A DNA stretch of 32,000 bases, taken from contig NC_000917.1 of assembly GCF_000008665.1 (NCBI RefSeq), forward strand, positions 90,001-122,000, in the 5' to 3' direction. This document shows positions 20,639 through 27,659 of the stretch, piece by piece (position 1 is the stretch's first letter; each line of letters opens with the position of its first letter). Origin of the DNA: Archaeoglobus fulgidus DSM 4304 (GTDB lineage: Archaea; Halobacteriota; Archaeoglobi; Archaeoglobales; Archaeoglobaceae). The notes beneath the pieces were generated by a model. The model had not been told where the DNA came from, did not search any database, and was given only the letters and a program-made list of their open reading frames with translations. The position numbers and the translations under genes were made by a program.

Positions 20639-21843
20639 CACCAATTTTTTGGCCCTGTTTCATCATACTTGGAATTTCACCTCCACCATACAACCCTTCC
20701 CAACCATCTCACCAATAAACGACTCATACCTCTCCCTCTCAACATATCTCCTCAGCAGCAAATTCAGCAGGTTCTTTGCCCCTCTCTCGCTCCATGACAT
20801 CCACTTGTTCTTCATTCTCTTTGCTATTTCACCCATAAGCCTCCATCCAGTTATTGTGCCAGGGAATTGTTATCCCCTCAAGCTTCTTGTATGCAAACAA
20901 AAGAATGTTCTCCATATGCCTTTTAAAGAACCTCGAAACCCTCCTTTTTCTTCCATTTCCTTTACGAATTCATTCAGAGCCTTCTCTGTTTTCTTAATTC
21001 TGCTCTCTAAATCTGGCTTCTCTATAGAGTTCTTAAGCCTGAGCAGGATTCCCTTAACTTCGTTCACGTACTGTTTTCTTGTTTCGAGATCAACTCCGTG
21101 CTGCCAGAGTTTGTAGTTAACCTCTCTCCAGATGTGAATGAGATCTATCTGCCTTTCTTCAAAACAGCTGAGATCTCTGTCAGCATCTCCTACGATTGTT
21201 GCTTTAACGTCGTACTCTCCTTTCATTTCCCTATAGCTCTCGTTAATCCCAACGATAACGCTTTTCCCAGCGATAACCTTTACATCGAGCTTACCTTTAC
21301 CCTGGGCATGGAGCTTAGTACTGTCAGCAGATACAAAGTCATCGTATTCGAATTCCGATTCTGCTTCCATTCCAAGCTCCTGCACCCTCCTCCATATCGT
21401 GAGATGGGATGGAGATTCTGTCATTCTCTGCAGTCTCTGTCTTGAATCCCTGTAGCTCATGGATAAGGCGTAATCGACAGCTATTGCAGCTATGTCTGGC
21501 TGATAAGTTCTTTTTCCATCGAATTCTACAAGGCTGTACAATGGGCAGAAAGTTCTGCCGGTCGATTTTGTCTTTGACCCTGCTAACTTTAAAGGCGGTC
21601 TTACCGAGCTGCGTTACAATTGTTCTCTTCTCTCTGCTGTGTTTATAGTAATCGTTTTTGCCATATCCTTTTCCACAGATTGAAGAGACAAGAATGTTGT
21701 CTATTTCCCCAAAACCTTTCCTAAAATTACAGCTTCAATTTCTTTTAAAGCATTCTGAGTATGTCCTTGTTTGTTAGCTTCCTCACGTGACAATCTTGTT
21801 GGGATGTAAAGTTATTTCGGGATACTACAGCACCAATTTTTTT
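20639..21843 (-). mobile_element. Insertion sequence of ~1.2 kb with a decayed transposase, inserted between the two triple-module paralogs
   Basis: Transposase-like coding sequence fills the whole interval. A direct repeat CACCAATTTTTT occurs at 20639-20650 and 21831-21842, possibly an 8-bp target-site duplication (AATTTTTT) plus chance. The terminal inverted repeats are weak (GGCCCTGTTTCATC vs GGTGCTGTAGTATC). The size is compatible with the ~1.2-kb IS class reported for A. fulgidus, but this is from memory and unverified. Confidence 0.65.
20663..21793 (-). pseudogene. IS transposase (ISLre2/UPF0236-like by eye) disrupted by several frame changes
   Basis: The longest ORF (20870-21541) is only 223 aa, has a TTG start and ends at a TAA. 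Protein-like continuations lie in other frames. Upstream is ...ICGKGYGKNDYYKHSREKRTIVTQLGKTAFKVSRVKDK. Downstream are ...RHMENILLFAYKKLEGITIPWHNNWMEAYG and GEIAKRMKNKWMSWSERGAKNLLNLLLRRYVERERYESF...*. Confidence 0.6.
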
Positions 21844-21855
21844 AACAAAAAGTTT

Positions 21856-21868
21856 TATAACAGTTAAT
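21856..21868 (+). promoter_or_regulatory. TATA-like promoter element (TATAACAGTTAAT) of the second paralog
   Basis: It matches 19274-19286 at 12 of 13 positions. It lies just outside the IS boundary, 23 nt upstream of the ATG at 21891. Confidence 0.4.
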
Positions 21869-21890
21869 TGTTTCCTAATTGTGGGGTAGC

Positions 21891-23209
21891 ATGAAAGCCG
21901 AGATGCTGTACTGGGTGGACAGGGTAGGAGGCAAAGTCGAGAAGCTTGAAGTCGAGCTCAAACCTTTCGGATACAAAATGGCGCCCGTTACGCAGTGGAA
22001 GACTCTGATAGCGGATGGAGATGCAGAGGTCGAGAGGGGCAAACCTACGATTATAAAGGTGAAAACCATAGAAATCCCGGAGAACACGATTGTAGGCCCT
22101 CTGAACATAATGCGCCACGCCCTTGGAGTCGTTGCGGATGTTGTGGAGTGCGGAATTCCCGGCAGGGTTGAGGAGGACAAGTGCGTAAGCCAGGTTCTCT
22201 TCGTTCCGATTGAGGACGGTGTGGTAAAGGATGGGGACCTCGTTGGCGTTCTGAAGGTCTTCTTCATACGCACCGGATTGCTTTCCCGGATACCGCTATT
22301 AAAGCCGCCAAAGGTTGAGCTGAGGGAGGAGATAACCGAGGCGAACATAACTTGGAGGGATAACGGGAACGTTTACAGGGAGAAAATCAGGACGAAGGTC
22401 TTCGGATACACGAGGAGCCACGTCGGTGTGTGGGAGCTTCTCGTTGCGGATGAAACGGTGAGGGTGAAGAGGGGTGACGTGCTGAGAATCAGAATAAAGG
22501 AGGTCAGACTACCACCTAACACCGTTGTGGTGCCTCTGTCGATAATGAGGAACGCTACGGAACCGTGCTTGATGTCGTGCAGCTTGGCAAGCCGAGCAGA
22601 GTTGAGGACGAGAAGAGAATCCAGCAGGCGGTGTTTCTTGCAGTGGAGGACGGAGTGATAGAGGAAGGGGACCTGATTGGAGTGATAAACGTTTACTTCG
22701 TCGGAGTTGATAGGCTTGAGAACGTCCCGATTGAACTCGAAACCAGAGAGGTGAACATAGTTTACAGGACGGGTGGGGGGATAGTGAGAAAGAAGCTGAG
22801 TGTTGACCCCTTCGGCTACAGAAGGTCTGCCAACGCGTCTTGGGAAGTGATAATAGCCGACGAGAGGAAGGAAGTAAGATACGGGGAGCCCGAAATTATA
22901 AAGATTAAGAAGATAAAGATTCCGAAGAACACGATAACCTACCCAATGTGCATAATGAGGCACGCCTACGGGTCCTTCGTGGACCTCTACTCAGACCTTC
23001 CACCCCGAAAGGTTGAAGAGGACAGATTCGTCAATTATGCGGTCTTCCTCCCAATCGCCGACGGTGAGGTGAATAGGGGGGAGATTCTTGGAATTATAAA
23101 CCTCTATGCGGTCGAGGTTGGAAGCCTGACCAAGGTAAAGCAGTGGATGGATAGGTGGCTGGACGAGATGGGTGAGGCGTTTGCGGAATCCGACTGGCCG
23201 ATGTGGTAG
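21891..23209 (+). pseudogene. Second triple-module repeat protein with a DWPMW tail, interrupted by a 1-nt frameshift near 22556/22557
   Basis: The ORF-track pieces 21879-22658 and 22565-23209 together are collinear with the 19308-20633 protein. At ...IMRNA the frame is lost: aacgct-acggaacc in this copy versus aacgcctttgggacg in the first. Restoring one base gives NA[Y/F]GTVLDVVQLGKPSRVE... Confidence 0.7.
22437..22528 (+). repeat. 92-nt tract identical to 19860-19951
   Basis: See the partner feature. The tract ends ~28 nt upstream of the frameshift site. Confidence 0.85.
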
Positions 23210-23620
23210 CTACTCTCCGATTGCGCCGAGTATCAGTGGTCTGACTGCACCGAAGAGAAGCTCTGCAACGACGAGTATGGTTAAAATACGGTAAATTCCC
23301 TTCATTTTTGGCAGAATTGAGAGCAGTGCAAAGACGGGCGCTAAGGCGAGGAAGAAAAGCGAGAAAACTGCAACATTGTCGGGATGGGCGATGTACAGAA
23401 ACTCGGAGTAGCTTTCCATCTCTTTTCCAACATTCACCTTCCAGAACTCCGATGCCGGCAGGTGCCAGGTTTCAACCACCCTGTCTGGCTCAACGAACGG
23501 GTCGATGTCGAGCAGATACATTGCAGAGGACACCACGAGCAGAATCAACCCCGCGAGGGTGAAGTACCTTATAACCTTTGCAAATCGAATACACTCCTCA
23601 CCCACTTCAACATTCATCAT
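23210..23620 (-). CDS. Small membrane protein, DUF1634-like, partner of the TauE permease
   Basis: Starting at MMNVEVGEECIRFAKVIRYFTLAGLILLVV... gives 136 aa. This start overlaps the stop of the upstream TauE gene in an ATGA arrangement. The 66-codon Arg/Cys-rich extension in the ORF track looks spurious. Confidence 0.5.
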   Translation of the reverse strand: MMNVEVGEECIRFAKVIRYFTLAGLILLVVSSAMYLLDIDPFVEPDRVVETWHLPASEFWKVNVGKEMESYSEFLYIAHPDNVAVFSLFFLALAPVFALLSILPKMKGIYRILTILVVAELLFGAVRPLILGAIGE

Positions 23621-24486
23621 ATCACCCCCAGACCAGCAAGCCCCTTCTCTATGTCGAGGATTGCGGCGAATAGCATGATTCCGAGCACAACCAGCCTTAT
23701 CACCCTCGGCCTGACCTTCTCTGCAATCATCGCCCCTATCCTTGCTCCGAGAGTCACGCCGAAAACCGATGGAACAACTATGAGCGGCAGAACGGCACCT
23801 CTGGCAATGTAGACCCACATTGCAGCCGCGTCGTTGAGGGTTATTATGAGCATGCTCGTCGATACTGCAACCCTAAGCGGAGCGCCCATCAGCAGGTTCA
23901 GCACTGGCACATTTGCCCAGCCCGCACCGAGACCAAACATTCCCGCAACCAGGCCAACACCGGCAAAGGCGGGGAGGGAGTAGGGCAGTCTTGTGAGCCT
24001 GTATTCAATCACCTCATCCCTCGATGGCTCGTACCACCTTCCGCTCAAGTCGAGCTTTGCGGAGATTGAGTCCACACTGTCAACTTCTGGAAACTCCACC
24101 CTCTTGCTCTTCACCATCACGGCGAAGATGAAGAAGAGAGATATGCCGAGGGCAATGGTTATGTAGTGCTTTCCCTCTGGCATCTCATTGGTTATCCAAA
24201 GCCCCAGAACGCTTCCGGCAATCGATGAAGCTATTGAAACTGTCGCAATAACGATCGAAGCTCTAAGATTTGCGAGACCCTTCTCAAGAAGCCTTGGTGA
24301 GGAAGAGAGGGCTGAGGTAAGTGCTATTGCCAGCCCGGCACCTCTCACAAAATCGATGTTGAATGGAAAGAAGGCTGTGGTGAGGGGGACGAACAACACA
24401 CCCCCACCCACTCCCGAAATGGGGGCGATAATCCCGATCAGGAACGTGAACGCAAAAAGCAAAACCATCCACATAACGTACTCCAT
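23617..24486 (-). CDS. TauE/SafE-family anion permease (sulfite-exporter family)
   Basis: The 289-aa polytopic membrane protein has GVGGGVLFVPL and a second half-repeat GLGAGWANVPVL. Confidence 0.8.
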   Translation of the reverse strand: MEYVMWMVLLFAFTFLIGIIAPISGVGGGVLFVPLTTAFFPFNIDFVRGAGLAIALTSALSSSPRLLEKGLANLRASIVIATVSIASSIAGSVLGLWITNEMPEGKHYITIALGISLFFIFAVMVKSKRVEFPEVDSVDSISAKLDLSGRWYEPSRDEVIEYRLTRLPYSLPAFAGVGLVAGMFGLGAGWANVPVLNLLMGAPLRVAVSTSMLIITLNDAAAMWVYIARGAVLPLIVVPSVFGVTLGARIGAMIAEKVRPRVIRLVVLGIMLFAAILDIEKGLAGLGVI

Positions 24487-24629
24487 TTCGGCGTCACCAG
24501 AATTATTTGTGTATTAGGCAATGATAAATTTTTTTATTTCTCTCTAAATGTTTAATCGTTTAATTTTAAAAGGCAACTTATATAAAGGTTTGCAGTGATA
24601 ATAGGGTATCGGACGGGGTATGTGATATT

Positions 24630-25133
24630 ATGAAATCACATGAAAGGGGAAGGGTTATCCTTGTAATCGACGACACGGATTGCGGGAGGGTTGCAGCCGA
24701 GAGGCTTGTTTTTATGGCAAGAGCCGGTTTCAGGGGAGATGTGTTCGTAGTTTTCGGCAAAGACATTGAAATATCCCCAATAGCGTCCTACGAGAAGGAG
24801 ATGAAGATATACACCTCTCTGAGAGTTAAGGCTTCGAAGTTCGTGGAGTTCTACAGGGAGAGATTGGAGGAGGCAGGGCTTGAAGTGAAGCAGGTCAAGA
24901 TAATCCTCGGAAACGTATCGGAGGAGGTGCTGAGGCTCGAAAAGCTGCTGAACCCCGACCTAATAGTTTTCGGAATGGAGAAAAGAGGCTTTCTGAAAAG
25001 GTTGTTGAGGGGGGACCCTTACAAGGAGATAATCTACGAAACCAAAGCACCGGTGATGGTCTGCAAGGCAGGATACGAAAGAAAAGACGTTGATTATGAA
25101 AAAATTAGGTGTGCAAAGTGCGTTATGGGCTGA
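24630..25133 (+). CDS. Universal stress protein (USP)-like protein
   Basis: The 167-aa ORF has VILVIDDTD... and LIVFGMEKRGFLKRLLRGDPYKEIIYETKAPVMVCK, which follows the USP alpha/beta pattern. Confidence 0.65.
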   Translation: MKSHERGRVILVIDDTDCGRVAAERLVFMARAGFRGDVFVVFGKDIEISPIASYEKEMKIYTSLRVKASKFVEFYRERLEEAGLEVKQVKIILGNVSEEVLRLEKLLNPDLIVFGMEKRGFLKRLLRGDPYKEIIYETKAPVMVCKAGYERKDVDYEKIRCAKCVMG

Positions 25134-25214
25134 CTACCAGTAGGGCCACTCTGTTTTCTCAAAGACCTCTCCGAAGTACTCCATCTGCGCATCAAAAAGC
25201 TCTTTAAGCCTCAT
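25134..25214 (-). CDS. 26-codon micro-ORF encoding a free-standing copy of the EWPxW tail (MRLKELFDAQMEYFGEVFEKTEWPYW)
   Basis: This is my own translation and is not in the ORF track. The ATG overlaps the TGA of the long TauE gene (gcATGAgg). GGGTG and GGAG SD-like elements lie upstream. The ORF exactly fills the convergent gap to the USP stop codon. It aligns residue-for-residue with the C-terminal tails at 20556-20633, 23132-23209 and 27462-27524. Confidence 0.55.
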   Translation of the reverse strand: MRLKELFDAQMEYFGEVFEKTEWPYW

Positions 25215-26638
25215 GCTCCTACACCCGCCTTAACCTCTGAAGCCCACGCGTCTATACCCTCATACCCGCTCTGGGCTATTGATTTGGCGAGGTCATCTCT
25301 CAGCGCTGAAACCTTGATGAGGTCGAGGAATGCGTGTGCAAAGCTCCCGTGGATGAAGCTCCAGTAGATGGCAAGCAGTATAACTCCGATTGACAGCACC
25401 ACCCCTGTCAGAGGGTCGGCGTGGGGTATTGAGGTGACGAAGTTCGGCCACCATTCAGGGTCGCGGAAGAGCCAGTAGTAGTTTGCGAGTGTCCAGACGC
25501 CGAATATTCCGAGCCTCTTGAGGTTGCCAGACCCGGTGTGGGCCGAGGCTTCAATAGCCCTGTCAAGCAATCCGAGCTTCTTCAGCTTCATCCTAACCTT
25601 CATCATCGGATATCCGACGAGTGGAGTTACGGAAAGCATCGCAACAGCCATTACCGGAAGCACGAGTGAGTTCAGGGTTTCTACCACTCCCTCATCCAGC
25701 TCAATCCACCCAAGCTCTGCCAGGTAGCCCGGAACGGCCAGAGCCCTGCTCAGCGTTACGAGGAGCATCACTGTCGCCATCGCCATCTTTATGTAGTACT
25801 GCCTGACGTAGGTCGTTCCGACAGCTCCAATCTGCACCCCTATGAGCGACGTGGCAAGAATGAGGGTTGTGAGCCTGAAATCAACAGCTCCAAGCAAGTA
25901 AATCCACGTGAATGTACCGGTAGAACCCATGACAAAGGCTATTCCCAGCTCTGTCCCACTCGCAACGGCACTGGAAGCGCCAATAAGGTATATCATGGAA
26001 GGAACGCCTATAAAACCACCAACGGCAATCGTTGCAGCGAGGAACCCTGTACCAAATCCGAGGGGAATCGTGAGCCATGCTGAATGCGTTCTTCCGACAA
26101 CGTCGAACCTTATCCTCGGAGGAAGCCTAAATTTCTCTTCAAGCTTCTTTGGCAGGGTTGATTCGGTGTCGGATATGCCGAGCTTTTTCGCCCTCACCAC
26201 GTCTCTCAAAAGAAGCAGGGATACTGCAGGCAAAACAACCAAGAATGCAATACTGACATAAAGGTTTGTTCCCGTTTCTCCGAGAGCCTCATAAATCTGC
26301 TTCTGAACCTGAATTCCGACCTGAACACCTGCTATTGCAGAAACGGCCATAATAACTGCAAGCTTCGGGTCAAGCTGCCTGAGCTTGTATCTCCTGTAGG
26401 CGCCTATCATTGCTTTAGGGAACTTGTGGCACATGTTTGATGCTACTGCTATCGGCCCCGGAGTGCCGATTGACATCATACCGGGAGTGAGGACGAAAGC
26501 GCCTCCGCTGCCGATGAAGCCGCTCAGCATTCCACCGAAGAAACCGAGGGCAAGGAGAAAAATCGCTTCAAAGGGCCCAATGTGGATGAACATGTCGGGC
26601 GTCATTGCACTTCCGCCCGTCGCAAAGCTTCCACCCAT
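25211..26638 (-). CDS. Long TauE/SafE-family permease with a C-terminal membrane extension (DUF1634-like by eye)
   Basis: The 475-aa ORF is preceded by the SD GGAGGTG. It has GSGGAFVLTPGM and IAVGGFIGVPSM half-repeats. The extra ~150-aa C-terminal region has additional transmembrane segments (HADPLTGVVLSIGVILLAIYW). Confidence 0.75.
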   Translation of the reverse strand: MGGSFATGGSAMTPDMFIHIGPFEAIFLLALGFFGGMLSGFIGSGGAFVLTPGMMSIGTPGPIAVASNMCHKFPKAMIGAYRRYKLRQLDPKLAVIMAVSAIAGVQVGIQVQKQIYEALGETGTNLYVSIAFLVVLPAVSLLLLRDVVRAKKLGISDTESTLPKKLEEKFRLPPRIRFDVVGRTHSAWLTIPLGFGTGFLAATIAVGGFIGVPSMIYLIGASSAVASGTELGIAFVMGSTGTFTWIYLLGAVDFRLTTLILATSLIGVQIGAVGTTYVRQYYIKMAMATVMLLVTLSRALAVPGYLAELGWIELDEGVVETLNSLVLPVMAVAMLSVTPLVGYPMMKVRMKLKKLGLLDRAIEASAHTGSGNLKRLGIFGVWTLANYYWLFRDPEWWPNFVTSIPHADPLTGVVLSIGVILLAIYWSFIHGSFAHAFLDLIKVSALRDDLAKSIAQSGYEGIDAWASEVKAGVGA

Positions 26639-26820
26639 TTTTCACACCTCCGATTTTTTATGATTTTTAATTTACGTTGTATGATTTGATTCGATAAAGC
26701 TTGTTTTCAGTTTACAAAAATAAATTTTTTTATGTTTAGTATCTCAATCTATATTACGATAGAATAAGATGAAATATAGTGAAAGATACTTGTATACCTT
26801 AGAACAAATGAGCATAAATT

Positions 26821-26870
26821 TTATGATAAGGTATGGTAAAGTATTGGTAAAGTATCACTATTTATGATAA
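26821..26870. promoter_or_regulatory. Symmetric repeat array upstream of the RHH gene, a candidate operator/promoter
   Basis: The array reads TTATGATAA (26821-26829), then ggta, then TGGTAAAGTAT twice in tandem (26834-26844 and 26845-26855), then cactat, then TTATGATAA (26862-26870). More TATGAT copies occur at 26658 and 26680. Confidence 0.45.
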
Positions 26871-26915
26871 TTGTTTCAGAAAACCTTTTATGCTCGCAGC
26901 AATAATAAAAGTTCA

Positions 26916-27524
26916 ATGCCGAAGTTCAAGAGATTGTCCGTTGCAGTTGATGATTCTATTGTGGAAATCCTTGAAAAGCTAACGGCAGTGGAAAATAAGA
27001 CAGTATCCGACATTATCAGAGAATCGATTATAACTTATGCCGAACTTGCAGAGGGTGGGGCGAGAATATCTGATCTCAAGCAGTACGAGGACATCCTCGA
27101 AAGAAGGGACCACGTAATGGTGGACCTCGAAATGTGGATTGCCCTCCTCGACCTCGTAAACGCGAAGGCCGACGAAGAATTCTGGAAGCTCATAGAGAAT
27201 GTTGGTTACGAGCTAGGCGTGGAGATGAAGCTTAAAGGCTTCGGCCTCGACGAGCTGCTCGAGCATATGAGAATCAAAAACCTGCTCAACTACAGCAGAG
27301 AGGGTGGAATTTACATTCTGACGCTGGTTTCGAGAAGTGCTACGAACATGGTCATGAGGATGTTGAGAGGAGCATTCAGGGCAATGCAGATTGAAGCGGA
27401 GGTTATTCCGGGAGTCAGAAAAGTGGTCATAGTGGACAAGAAGGCCCTCAAAGATAAGGACGTGCAGAAGTGGATAGCAGAGATGGGAAGGACCTTTGAG
27501 GGGTCCGACTGGCCAATGTGGTGA
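26916..27524 (+). CDS. Ribbon-helix-helix (CopG/Arc-like) DNA-binding protein with an unknown middle domain and a C-terminal DWPMW tail
   Basis: From the ATG at 26916 the N-terminus is MPKFKRLSVAVDDSIVEILEKLTAVENKTVSDIIRESIITYAELAE, which follows the RHH pattern. The protein ends VQKWIAEMGRTFEGSDWPMW*. The ORF track starts at the TTG at 26871. Confidence 0.75.
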   Translation: MPKFKRLSVAVDDSIVEILEKLTAVENKTVSDIIRESIITYAELAEGGARISDLKQYEDILERRDHVMVDLEMWIALLDLVNAKADEEFWKLIENVGYELGVEMKLKGFGLDELLEHMRIKNLLNYSREGGIYILTLVSRSATNMVMRMLRGAFRAMQIEAEVIPGVRKVVIVDKKALKDKDVQKWIAEMGRTFEGSDWPMW

Positions 27525-27561
27525 TTTTTGAAAAGCGGGGGGGAGGTGGGGGCTGGGCAAA

Positions 27562-27636
27562 TAGCGGGGCGTGGATTTGAACCACGGATCTGCGGGTTAT
27601 GAGCCCGCCGGGATCACCTGACTACCCCACCCCGCT
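27562..27636 (-). tRNA. Initiator tRNA-Met (anticodon CAT)
   Basis: The minus-strand sequence is AGCGGGGTGGGGTAGTCAGGTGATCCCGGCGGGCTCATAACCCGCAGATCCGTGGTTCAAATCCACGCCCCGCTA. It folds as a cloverleaf with a 7-bp acceptor stem and a T-arm CGTGG/TTCAAAT/CCACG. The A1:T72 pair and three G:C pairs at the base of the anticodon stem are archaeal initiator hallmarks. CCA is not encoded. Confidence 0.93.
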
Positions 27637-27659
27637 TCAGAACACTTTTGAACAAACTG

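Noticed and set aside
20649-21116. A 155-aa plus-strand ORF lies in the IS region.
   Set aside because: It is antisense to transposase-like coding sequence. Its Ser/Phe/Leu-rich low-complexity translation suggests it is not a real gene.
23621-23818. A 66-codon N-terminal extension of the small membrane protein ORF (MGLHCQRCRSAAHSC...).
   Set aside because: It lies entirely inside the TauE gene in another frame and is Arg/Cys/Gly-rich. The internal MMNVEV start gives a clean ATGA coupling instead.
17875-27636. The idea that the whole accessory cluster is a tRNA-integrated mobile island.
   Set aside because: There is no integrase or recombinase, no duplicated tRNA 3' segment (att) that I could find, and the only mobile gene is a decayed IS. 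The evidence is insufficient.
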